Positions 33,898 to 42,233 of a stretch of DNA of 48,944 nucleotides are shown one piece after another. The notes beneath the pieces were generated by a model. It ran no database searches. It saw nothing but the letters and a program-made list of their open reading frames with translations, and was not told the origin of the DNA. The stretch is from Candidatus Gottesmanbacteria bacterium RIFCSPLOWO2_01_FULL_49_10. Its GTDB lineage: Bacteria; Patescibacteriota; Microgenomatia; UBA10105; UBA927. How positions within the stretch are numbered: the stretch's first letter is position 1; each line of letters begins with the position of its first letter. The position numbers and the translations under genes were made by a program. The stretch covers positions 34,583-83,526 of the forward strand of contig MFJZ01000058.1 in NCBI GenBank assembly GCA_001781025.1. The letters are read 5' to 3'.

Positions 33898-34992
33898 TTA
33901 TCCGACAAAATAACCCTGAAGGTAAAGAGCTGCTCCCATGATAAAAACAGATATACTCACGAGTGCATAGACAAAATAAAATTTTCGTGACGAAAAGGAT
34001 GAAAGAATCAAAAAAAGCGGGATGGCACAGAGCATATATCGTGGTACTGACGAAAGAGTTCCCGTAAGGGCCGGGACAACCAGAACTGCCCCAGAATAAA
34101 ATAAGTACGAAGCGTCCCACCCTGCCCTCCATCCCCTGTACAACACCCACATGCCAAACAGAAAGGCGGTAAGCTCAAAAAACGCGACTGCCCAGACGGG
34201 CGAATCTGGCACAACCGTAGTCAAAATTTTCCCATAACGCCAAAGTACCTGAGGAGGAAGGACAATAGTTCCCCCGGTCCTTCCTGCGCCAAAGGCAGGT
34301 TGTGCATGAATGAATGCAATCGGGTCGCCGACAGCATACTGCAAATATATCATATACGCTACCAGTCCAAGGGGTATAAGCAATAAGGAAAGCATATGTC
34401 TCGCATGGATTCGGTAACCGTATACTTTTATATATTCATACCCCGAAATAACCAGCAAAAATACACCAAATAGTCTCGTTAGGCTTGCGAGGAACCCCAA
34501 TATCCCCGCAAGAACAAAACGGTGCTTTTTCGTGGCAAAAATAACAACAGTTGCAAATAGAAAATAAAGACTCTCAGTGTAGGTCGCAGCGAAAAAGAAG
34601 CTTGTGGGAAATACGAGAAGCAGGATGACCGCGCGAAGCGGTTTAGCCCGATCCGTCAATTTTGCTAATCGGTAAAAGACGAGAAGTCCTACAAAAAACG
34701 AGGCATTGGATATGATGAGCGCAGATAACGCGTAAGACGTGTTGGCGATGCGGGAGATAAATTGTATGATAAGTGGATACAGGGGGAAAAAAGCTTGCTC
34801 AAATTGTACATACCCGTTTTCTGCAATAGACAAATAATGGACGCCATCCATGTTTGCCCATGGCGTCGGTCCCAAAAAACCCTGTCTCAGGGAAATGATG
34901 TGCGGCGCGAGAGAGGATATTCCGATTAAAAAAAGTTTCCACAGGAGATAGATGCTGCCGATACATGCTGCGTCACGAAATAGTTGTTTCAT
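33898..34992 (-). CDS. PIG-V-like (GT76-type) membrane mannosyltransferase-family protein, GT-C
   Basis: 'WANMDGVHYLSIAENGYVQFEQAFFPLYPLIIQFISRI' matches the PIG-V family signature (D..HYL.IA..GY....AFFPLYP). Multiple TM helices are present. ATG 34992 is preferred over the GTG at 35010. Confidence 0.7.
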   Translation of the reverse strand: MKQLFRDAACIGSIYLLWKLFLIGISSLAPHIISLRQGFLGPTPWANMDGVHYLSIAENGYVQFEQAFFPLYPLIIQFISRIANTSYALSALIISNASFFVGLLVFYRLAKLTDRAKPLRAVILLLVFPTSFFFAATYTESLYFLFATVVIFATKKHRFVLAGILGFLASLTRLFGVFLLVISGYEYIKVYGYRIHARHMLSLLLIPLGLVAYMIYLQYAVGDPIAFIHAQPAFGAGRTGGTIVLPPQVLWRYGKILTTVVPDSPVWAVAFFELTAFLFGMWVLYRGWRAGWDASYLFYSGAVLVVPALTGTLSSVPRYMLCAIPLFLILSSFSSRKFYFVYALVSISVFIMGAALYLQGYFVG

Positions 34993-36025
34993 AACTTTTG
35001 ACTGTCTCACTCGCCACGCGCCTCCAGCTAAACTGTTTTACCCATTCCATGCCCTTTCGTGCGGCTTCTGATCGATCGCTCTCCCTCATGTCAATGACGG
35101 CTCTAATTTTCGTTGCGATATCTTCTATGTCTCGTGGATCTATCACAAATGAAGGACCGGCAATTTCCGCTAAACTTGCTTCTCGTGAACAAACGACCGG
35201 TGTCCCGCATGCCAATGCCTCAAGCACGGGTAATCCAAAACCCTCATAAAACGATGGCTGTACATACACGGTAGCCAGAGAATATACTGCCGGAAGATCC
35301 TCTGGCTTGATATACCCAGGATGGATAACTGCTTCTCCCATATTCATTGACGCGATAAGCTCATTGATGCGAGATACTTCTGAAATAGCCCTCTTTTGAA
35401 ATGCTTCACCCGCGAGCACCAGGAGAGTTTTCTCGTTTTTGTTTCTCCGAAGGATGGCAAATGCGCGAATCAGACCTTCGACATTTTTATTCCAATTTAC
35501 ATCGCCAACGTAAAGGATAAATCGCTCCGGCAAGTGGTACTTTGCTTTAATATTATGCAGTAATGAAGCGTTATGAATCGGATGAAAGCTCGGCGACGGA
35601 GCAAGATATATGACGTCAATCTTCATCGCTTGTATTCCCGCGATTCGTTCTATGTCTTGTCTCGAGGCTTTAGAATCCACAATGAGCCTATTGAGTCGGG
35701 ATAAACTCCATCTTTGGATGATCCACTTTACGCTCCCACGGATTCCTGCCGGAAAATGTTTCGGAAACACAAGCGGGATGAGGTCGTGCACTGTCACGAC
35801 CGTAGGTTTATCATAGAAAAGGGGCAACGTAATAAAGAATGGATCAAAATACGGGTAATGTATGAGCTCAACATCATTGGGTATCTTTTGTCCTCGAGTA
35901 AAAAAGTAATACAAATGATTGTTTTCATGCTCCTGCAACGCTTCTATCAATAATTTTGTATACATACCCACACCCCGATTCCGGTGACCGGTATGAAGTG
36001 GAGTGATATCTATGGCAATGTTCAT
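34973..36025 (-). CDS. GT4-family (GT-B) glycosyltransferase
   Basis: Contains 'MNIAIDITPLHTGHRNRGVGMYT' and 'VYVQPSFYEGFGLPVLEALACGTPVVCSREASLAEI'. Confidence 0.85.
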   Translation of the reverse strand: MNIAIDITPLHTGHRNRGVGMYTKLLIEALQEHENNHLYYFFTRGQKIPNDVELIHYPYFDPFFITLPLFYDKPTVVTVHDLIPLVFPKHFPAGIRGSVKWIIQRWSLSRLNRLIVDSKASRQDIERIAGIQAMKIDVIYLAPSPSFHPIHNASLLHNIKAKYHLPERFILYVGDVNWNKNVEGLIRAFAILRRNKNEKTLLVLAGEAFQKRAISEVSRINELIASMNMGEAVIHPGYIKPEDLPAVYSLATVYVQPSFYEGFGLPVLEALACGTPVVCSREASLAEIAGPSFVIDPRDIEDIATKIRAVIDMRESDRSEAARKGMEWVKQFSWRRVASETVKSYETTIS

Positions 36026-36036
36026 ATCTATTAATC

Positions 36037-36042
36037 AGTATA
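36037..36042 (-). promoter_or_regulatory. TATACT box (minus strand) upstream of the GT4 gene at 36025
   Basis: The plus-strand 'agtata' reads TATACT on the minus strand, 11 nt upstream of ATG 36025. Confidence 0.3.
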
Positions 36043-36099
36043 GACGAAGAAAACAACCAAAACAAACTGCCAAAAAAATATTTGGTGACAAATACATTG

Positions 36100-36108
36100 T
36101 GTTACAAT
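36100..36108 (+). promoter_or_regulatory. Extended -10 box TGTTACAAT upstream of the SDR gene at 36119
   Basis: It ends 10 nt before ATG 36119. A TTTGGT -35-like hexamer lies 16 nt upstream. Confidence 0.4.
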
Positions 36109-36118
36109 ACCTCCAATT

Positions 36119-37105
36119 ATGTCACACCCTTTCCGCGAAGCCCATGTTCTCATAACTGGCGGATTAGGATTTATTGGCAGTAACCTCGCCATTGCGCTCG
36201 TCAAAAAAGGAGCAATCGTAACTATTGTTGACAACCTCACTCCCAACCAGGGCGGTAATCTGTTCAACATCAATCCCATCAAAAAAAGTGTCACTGTAGA
36301 CCACAACGATATTCGCAACGTTTCCGCTATGACGAAACTCGTAAAAGGTAAACAATATATTTTCCATTTAGCCCGGCAAACTGATCATGTATTAAGCCAA
36401 CGAGACCCGTTTCTTGATATAGACGTAAATATTCGCGGAACGACAATCATTCTTGAGGCATGCAAAAAAAACAACCAACAGGTAAAGTTTATCTATACCG
36501 GGACCCGCGGCCAATATGGCAAAGCCGTGAAGTTGCCGGTTTCCGAAGATGCACCGACAAACCCAAAAGGCATCTATGAAATCACCAATCTCGCAGCAGA
36601 AAAAATTGTCCGCGTTTACCACGATATTCATGGCATCCGCTCCGTCATGCTCCGACTCACCAATATCTATGGGCCGCGCTCACAGATGAAACATGATCGC
36701 TTTGGCGTCGTCAACTGGTTTGTCCGCCTTGCTCTCGATGGAACGCCAATCAGCGTATTCGGTGACGGGCAACTAAAAAGAGACTTTTTATATATTGACG
36801 ATACGATTGATGCCATGCTTGGAGTAGCGGCCTGCAACGAGTGTTATGGAGAAATTTTAAACATCGGTAAGGAAAAGCCGGAAACATTTCTCCACCTGGC
36901 CAAAACAATCGTACAATTATCCGAACAGGGATCGTACATGATGACCCCGTTTACCAAAGAACGCGCGATCCAAGAACCGGGACATTTCGCCAGTGATATC
37001 ACGAAAATCCATAGACTCACCGGTTGGAGTCCCACGACTACGCTCATCACCGGACTTACCAAAACGCTTACATATTACAAAAAATATAAAAAACACTACT
37101 GGTAA
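36119..37105 (+). CDS. Extended-SDR NAD-dependent epimerase/dehydratase with an atypical YxxxN catalytic segment
   Basis: Contains 'VLITGGLGFIGSNL' and 'IYTGTRGQYG'. The expected YxxxK position reads 'GIYEITNLAAEK' (tat gaa atc acc aat). Confidence 0.8.
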   Translation: MSHPFREAHVLITGGLGFIGSNLAIALVKKGAIVTIVDNLTPNQGGNLFNINPIKKSVTVDHNDIRNVSAMTKLVKGKQYIFHLARQTDHVLSQRDPFLDIDVNIRGTTIILEACKKNNQQVKFIYTGTRGQYGKAVKLPVSEDAPTNPKGIYEITNLAAEKIVRVYHDIHGIRSVMLRLTNIYGPRSQMKHDRFGVVNWFVRLALDGTPISVFGDGQLKRDFLYIDDTIDAMLGVAACNECYGEILNIGKEKPETFLHLAKTIVQLSEQGSYMMTPFTKERAIQEPGHFASDITKIHRLTGWSPTTTLITGLTKTLTYYKKYKKHYW

Positions 37106-37108
37106 ATC

Positions 37109-37798
37109 ATGAAATCCGTATCATTCCTCATCCCCGCTTATAATGATGAAGCAACTATTGCAACGCAGATTATAGAAGCCCGCTCCGTCGGCATAAAACT
37201 CGGCATTCCGTTTGAAATTATCGTAATCAATGATTGTAGCGAAGACCAAACAGCCCAAATCCTGACGAGCCTCGCCAAACGCTTCCGGGAACTGCGAGTA
37301 CTCACGCATACAGTAAACAAAGGATATGGAACAACGATCAAAGAACTCTACTATACTGCAAAAAGGGAGTGGCTCTTCACGATCCCCGGCGACTATCAGG
37401 TGCAAGCCAAAGAACTACTCAAGCTCTTACCCCACGAGAGAAGTGCGGATATGATACTCGGGTGGCGCACCAACCGGAACGATGATGGAATGAGACAATA
37501 TCAGTCACGCATCTACAATTGGATCATCCCCCTCCTCTTTGACACAAAAACTCATGATGTAAACACGGTCCGCCTGATGAGGTCGCGGATCATGAAATCA
37601 GTGATTCTTCGCGGCACATCAGCATTTACCGATGCCGAGCTTATTATTAAAGCAAAACGGCTGGGATTTACGATCAAGGAAATCCCAATCGGTCATCGAC
37701 ACAGGCACGGTGGGACAGGAACAGGTGACGGCGGAAAACTTCACGTAATACTACCCACCGTCTGGGAAATGCTGCTCCTCGTGTTTGGACACCTATAA
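37109..37798 (+). CDS. DPM1/GtrB-like family-2 glycosyltransferase (candidate polyprenyl-phosphate sugar synthase)
   Basis: Contains 'VSFLIPAYNDEATI...EIIVINDCSEDQT...NKGYGTTIKEL...IPGDYQ...GWRTNRND'. Confidence 0.8.
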   Translation: MKSVSFLIPAYNDEATIATQIIEARSVGIKLGIPFEIIVINDCSEDQTAQILTSLAKRFRELRVLTHTVNKGYGTTIKELYYTAKREWLFTIPGDYQVQAKELLKLLPHERSADMILGWRTNRNDDGMRQYQSRIYNWIIPLLFDTKTHDVNTVRLMRSRIMKSVILRGTSAFTDAELIIKAKRLGFTIKEIPIGHRHRHGGTGTGDGGKLHVILPTVWEMLLLVFGHL

Positions 37799-37804
37799 AA
37801 AGCA

Positions 37805-39376
37805 CTAATTTCTATGCTTTCGCAGCACCGGAAAACAAATCAACCACAATATACAGGCCAATGAAAATATGTCCGCGGCCAGACGAAGCGGAGTTTCACC
37901 AAAACTTACGGCTATGCTGTGATCTCCTTTGGGAACCGACACCGTAATCATCCCTTTCTCATCCGGCTGAACTGATGAGCTCTTGCCATCTATGGCTACG
38001 CGCCAACCCGGATAGTAAGCGACGTGGACACGCACCATCGCGTCAGTAGTCAAGCGGGTATCTCCTGTAAACGTCGCCACGCCCTCACGTCTCATAATAA
38101 CAGATCCGTCACCGCTAACTATTTCCATGCGTTCCTTCGGCCTATTTGGCTGCCATAACATCCAGCGTGTACTGAAAAAATTTCCCAATGACGACGTGCC
38201 GTCAGTAAATTCGCTACGTGAAAGATAGTATTGATCATCCCGGCTGGCATAGACAACAGGCTTGGTGTAAGAAAAACCTGCGGCAATGGCAAATATCACA
38301 AATGCAATAACGATGACCCTATTATGCGTCGTAGATATAGTATAGGTTGCTAAAAAGCCAGAAACTGGCATCATAAACGACAAAAGACGCCATGGGTACT
38401 GCAAAAACTGAAGTGGACGGATAATCTCCCACAAAGGTATCGACATCTCCTGCATAAGCACAAATGAAGCTAAATTGCACAGAAGAAACAGAAGTGCTAT
38501 TGACTTCATGGGGTTTTTCGGATGTTTTACCACCAAAATTACCGCTATAAGTGCGACAGCCATAGGGACGACTCCAATCTGATACGACATTTCATTAAAC
38601 ACAAAATCCTTCCCAGAAAAACCAGTTCCCCAGGAAGGAACCAGGAGCTGACTAAGGTCAGGAAAGTGATCTTTGAAATTCACGGTATTAAGCCCGACGA
38701 CAAATGACCGCTCCAGGAGTGCCGGTAACCAAAAATAGGTTGCCAATACTATTCCGATCAGTATAAAAACAAGTGCCTGTCTACTGCGAATACTCGCGTA
38801 CAGTATAAGAAACGGCAAAAAGAGTATCGACAAAATATTATGACTCACGATGATGCCACAAATACCCGCGGCTAAGAGTCGTTTATTTCCGTTCTCTATG
38901 AAAAAAAGACAGCTCATTAAAAACGCGATTGCCCAAACTTCTCCGACCGAACCACGCACAAAAATGTCGACAAACCAATACGGCACGAATGCAAAAACGA
39001 CTGATCCTGCCAAGGCGCTTCTTCTATCAAACATCTTCTGTAACCATTGGAAACAAAAGACATTCGCAACGACATAACCCGTCGCCAGGGTCAACTTGAG
39101 TGAATCAACTAAATTCCATCCCATCTGGTGGAAGAGGACGCCCACGTAATTAGGAAATGGATAAAAAAAATTAAAGAGTGGTAATCCGAACTTGCTGTTT
39201 AGGTCAGGAGCCCACCTCGGGAACCAATATCCATTCAAAAGCATTGTCCCAAATTCATGAATTCTCATGAGATGGTATTCACCATCGTGTGTCGGGATGA
39301 AACCGGAAATAAATAACCACCGTATCGCAATAACCACGAAAACCAAATGGACGAATGGATATACTTTTGTTTTCAT
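37805..39376 (-). CDS. Polytopic membrane protein of the 'PTPS-related' type (GT-C-like); paralogue of 45821..47518
   Basis: 'THDGEYHLMRIHEFGTMLLNGYWFPRWAPDLNSKFGLPLFNFFYPFPNYV' parallels 'GHDTPDHVARIASFYASLREGILVPRWAGNLNWGYGHPILMFLYPLPSYV' in the paralogue. The C-terminal module is 'YYPGWRVAIDGK...GDHSIAVSF' plus a terminal TM. The start ATG 39376 forms ATGA with the upstream stop. Confidence 0.65.
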   Translation of the reverse strand: MKTKVYPFVHLVFVVIAIRWLFISGFIPTHDGEYHLMRIHEFGTMLLNGYWFPRWAPDLNSKFGLPLFNFFYPFPNYVGVLFHQMGWNLVDSLKLTLATGYVVANVFCFQWLQKMFDRRSALAGSVVFAFVPYWFVDIFVRGSVGEVWAIAFLMSCLFFIENGNKRLLAAGICGIIVSHNILSILFLPFLILYASIRSRQALVFILIGIVLATYFWLPALLERSFVVGLNTVNFKDHFPDLSQLLVPSWGTGFSGKDFVFNEMSYQIGVVPMAVALIAVILVVKHPKNPMKSIALLFLLCNLASFVLMQEMSIPLWEIIRPLQFLQYPWRLLSFMMPVSGFLATYTISTTHNRVIVIAFVIFAIAAGFSYTKPVVYASRDDQYYLSRSEFTDGTSSLGNFFSTRWMLWQPNRPKERMEIVSGDGSVIMRREGVATFTGDTRLTTDAMVRVHVAYYPGWRVAIDGKSSSVQPDEKGMITVSVPKGDHSIAVSFGETPLRLAADIFSLACILWLICFPVLRKHRN

Positions 39377-40620
39377 GGATTGAGAGCGCGTATGCCCGTA
39401 TAATAAATCCAAAGAGAAAATACGACCCCGAGAGAAAAAACCGCGTTCGTCTTTCCTTTCATGCCAAACACGCAAAGAAGAAGGAGGGGCAGGACGATAT
39501 CAAGGCTATATCGGTAGCCAAATTGCATCCATCCGGTGCTATATAAAAATAGACTTGGTGACATCGTAGCGACCGACGCAAACCACAATGATAACCTATA
39601 CGGATCAAGAGTAAAACGCCCTCGATAGGAAAAAAATGGTTTGGCCAAGATAATGGCAAAAAACCCGGGACTCAGAAAAAAAATTGAGTTACCTTCCAGG
39701 GAAAAACGCAGCTTCACTCCGTGATCATAGATGATTGCAGGTACCTCAAAAAGGAAGTACCAGATATTATGACGCAAGTTTGTCCATGACATTATCCCCT
39801 GAGACAATCGAATAGACGCAAGGTATGGGGCTTCCTGAATATATCTATAACCATATTCAAATGGATTTTCAAATCGAAGGTAATTATAAAAGAAAAATAA
39901 GAGAGAAAACAGACCCAAAGGAAGACCAAATATCACGATACCCCGCACGACAACGCGCTTAAAAGAAGATATCGACCATCCTTTAGTATGCACATATTGA
40001 ACCAGATACAATACCGCCGGTATACTCACGAGTAACACCATCGTCGCTCGACCCAAAAGGGTTATAGAAAAAAGACCGACGGAAAGGAGATAGTCCAGAG
40101 TTTTCCGTTTCTTTTTGAATATCACTGCGATCCCAAGTATGCTAAACGTCGTCGTCACCATCTGGTCCACATGCCAGGAACTCCCGAGGGTCCCGACATA
40201 AAACTGTGCAGTGCCAAATGCAAAAAAGGTAAGAAATACGAAAATGTCAAAGAGGGACATTTCGGGAAAAAATTCTCTTCGTATGCGAAGAAGCAGAACA
40301 GAGACGACGAGGACATTGATACTCGCAAAAAGAACAGTCAGGTAAATAGCTGGGACATATCTACCGGCCGCAACCTGCATAGGTATAAGAAACATTGCTG
40401 CCAAAATCCCCCAGGGGGCATACCAGCGGCCTTTGTAGAAGATAAGGTCGTATCGACTTGACGGATCTGGTATATCTAAACGAAACGAGGATAATGCTTT
40501 GGCCAACGGATTTAAATGATCCAGCTCCCATCGGGGAATATACGTAAACTTCGTCGCGACCCCCAAATATACTATAAAAACAAACAGAAATAATGCTGCC
40601 CCAATGATTGTTCGTCTCAT
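39373..40620 (-). CDS. Polytopic membrane protein (415 aa), GT-C-like but family unassigned
   Basis: The first loop after TM1 is 'DIPDPSSRYDLIFYKGRWYAPWGILAAMFLIP'. About 11 hydrophobic segments are visible by eye. There are ATGA overlaps at both ends (39373-39376 and 40617-40620). Confidence 0.5.
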   Translation of the reverse strand: MRRTIIGAALFLFVFIVYLGVATKFTYIPRWELDHLNPLAKALSSFRLDIPDPSSRYDLIFYKGRWYAPWGILAAMFLIPMQVAAGRYVPAIYLTVLFASINVLVVSVLLLRIRREFFPEMSLFDIFVFLTFFAFGTAQFYVGTLGSSWHVDQMVTTTFSILGIAVIFKKKRKTLDYLLSVGLFSITLLGRATMVLLVSIPAVLYLVQYVHTKGWSISSFKRVVVRGIVIFGLPLGLFSLLFFFYNYLRFENPFEYGYRYIQEAPYLASIRLSQGIMSWTNLRHNIWYFLFEVPAIIYDHGVKLRFSLEGNSIFFLSPGFFAIILAKPFFSYRGRFTLDPYRLSLWFASVATMSPSLFLYSTGWMQFGYRYSLDIVLPLLLLCVFGMKGKTNAVFSLGVVFSLWIYYTGIRALNP

Positions 40621-42233
40621 AGTTTGTATACGATGACGTGAGCGTCTCGGTAAACGACGGACAAGGTATTCTCCAATACTGTTTTACTCCCTAGAGAAAA
40701 TAAGCCCTGTCCAGGATCAGTAGAAACTGCGATGTAATCAATCTTTTCTTGCCTCATTTTGCCCAGAATTACTGCGTCGTTAGCTTGGGAGAAAAGGGCT
40801 ATATTTTTCTCCCGAACGCTAGTATTGTATCCCATGACGGATGTGTAATATGAATGACCGAGATAGTTTTTTCGGCCGGCCATTGTCACCGGGTCATACA
40901 ATTCCTGATGCGCGAGAAATATAGAATCGGGGTCTGTCTGGGTTTTAATCCATTGAATGAATGGCTGCGATGAAGCGTCGAAAACATACCATTGGAAATC
41001 GTTTTTCACTGCCATGAGATTTAATATTCCAGAAGCAATAAGAAGGAATACCGTCATGGCGGTCGTTAATTTCCAATATGTGTTATGAGCCCATAGCAAA
41101 ACCAGAAGACGTGCAAGGTAAAAATTTGATAACACGAGAAAGTAGTTAATGAGAGAATGATTGTGCTCTATCCGAAAACTAAATTGAAAAATATTTGCCA
41201 GAATAAACAGGGCCAAGAACGAAAAAAAGAATAGTCGCTGGCCACTCCTTACTATATAGACCGCAATGGGAAGTAAAAGTATGGCAATTCCCAAATTCCA
41301 GCCCCAGTATGAGGTAAATCCCACCAAGGACAACGGTCTTGGGCTTAAAAAGCCGGGATTGAACCATGCATTGCGAACCAGTTCCGGGCGTTCCCCTATA
41401 ATCTGGATCATGTGGAACCCGGAAAAAATAAGCACAGAAACCAGGAGTATCGACAGCTCTTTAAGACGCTTAAGCCAAGTAAACAGAAAAACTAAAATTA
41501 CCACTGTTCCAAAAAAGATAAGACCATGAACCCTCGAAGACAATCCCAGGACAAAACCAGTAAGAAGTAGTTCCTTCACAGAGAGCCTCTCATGCTGCAA
41601 AAGCCTGGGCACAAGTCTATACAGAATACCCAACGCCAGAGCCAACCCAACAATAAGATGTCTCTGGTTGAGATATGGCGCAAGAGTAAAATAAATAGAT
41701 ATCAGAGATCCGTCAAATGGCCCTTTATGTATATAATCAGGAAGGTACCACAGATCGTGAAAGAGCAAAAAAGAAATTGGTCTGGTCCGGAAGAACTCGA
41801 TAAACGATAGCGTGCTCGGAAAAATGAACAACAACACGGACAACATACCCAGCAGAACACTTTTCCCGAATAATCGCTGCGGGAACAGATAAAGAAGAAA
41901 CAAAAGGATGGCAAACGCTATAGCACTTATTCCATTGTATGCGATGTCAATTCTCACTCCGACTTTTTCTAGAAATCCGGTCAACATGTCAACCCTGTAG
42001 TGATATAGCAGCCCTTTGCCCGGAAAAAACGGTGACTGAGGATTTAGATAATTTTTCCCCCATGAAAACGACCGAATAAGAGATATGTGGAGACCAAAAT
42101 CTCCGACCTCGTGTCGCGCGACGCGAAATTGGTGCAGGCGTACGTCGTACCCGAAGGATTTTGCCATAAGCCACCAGGAAAAAATGAAAAACAACATGAA
42201 CAACAGCACGTTAAAGCTTTTTGAGAATGGCAT
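40617..42233 (-). CDS. Polytopic membrane protein (538 aa) with a C-terminal soluble domain, family unassigned (GT-C-like architecture)
   Basis: After TM1 comes 'HEVGDFGLHISLIRSFSWGKNYLNPQSPFFPGKGLLYHY'. Many hydrophobic helices extend to about aa 400. A roughly 130-aa hydrophilic C-terminus follows ('FDASSQPFIQWIKTQTDPDSIFLAH...'). Confidence 0.5.
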   Translation of the reverse strand: MPFSKSFNVLLFMLFFIFSWWLMAKSFGYDVRLHQFRVARHEVGDFGLHISLIRSFSWGKNYLNPQSPFFPGKGLLYHYRVDMLTGFLEKVGVRIDIAYNGISAIAFAILLFLLYLFPQRLFGKSVLLGMLSVLLFIFPSTLSFIEFFRTRPISFLLFHDLWYLPDYIHKGPFDGSLISIYFTLAPYLNQRHLIVGLALALGILYRLVPRLLQHERLSVKELLLTGFVLGLSSRVHGLIFFGTVVILVFLFTWLKRLKELSILLVSVLIFSGFHMIQIIGERPELVRNAWFNPGFLSPRPLSLVGFTSYWGWNLGIAILLLPIAVYIVRSGQRLFFFSFLALFILANIFQFSFRIEHNHSLINYFLVLSNFYLARLLVLLWAHNTYWKLTTAMTVFLLIASGILNLMAVKNDFQWYVFDASSQPFIQWIKTQTDPDSIFLAHQELYDPVTMAGRKNYLGHSYYTSVMGYNTSVREKNIALFSQANDAVILGKMRQEKIDYIAVSTDPGQGLFSLGSKTVLENTLSVVYRDAHVIVYKL

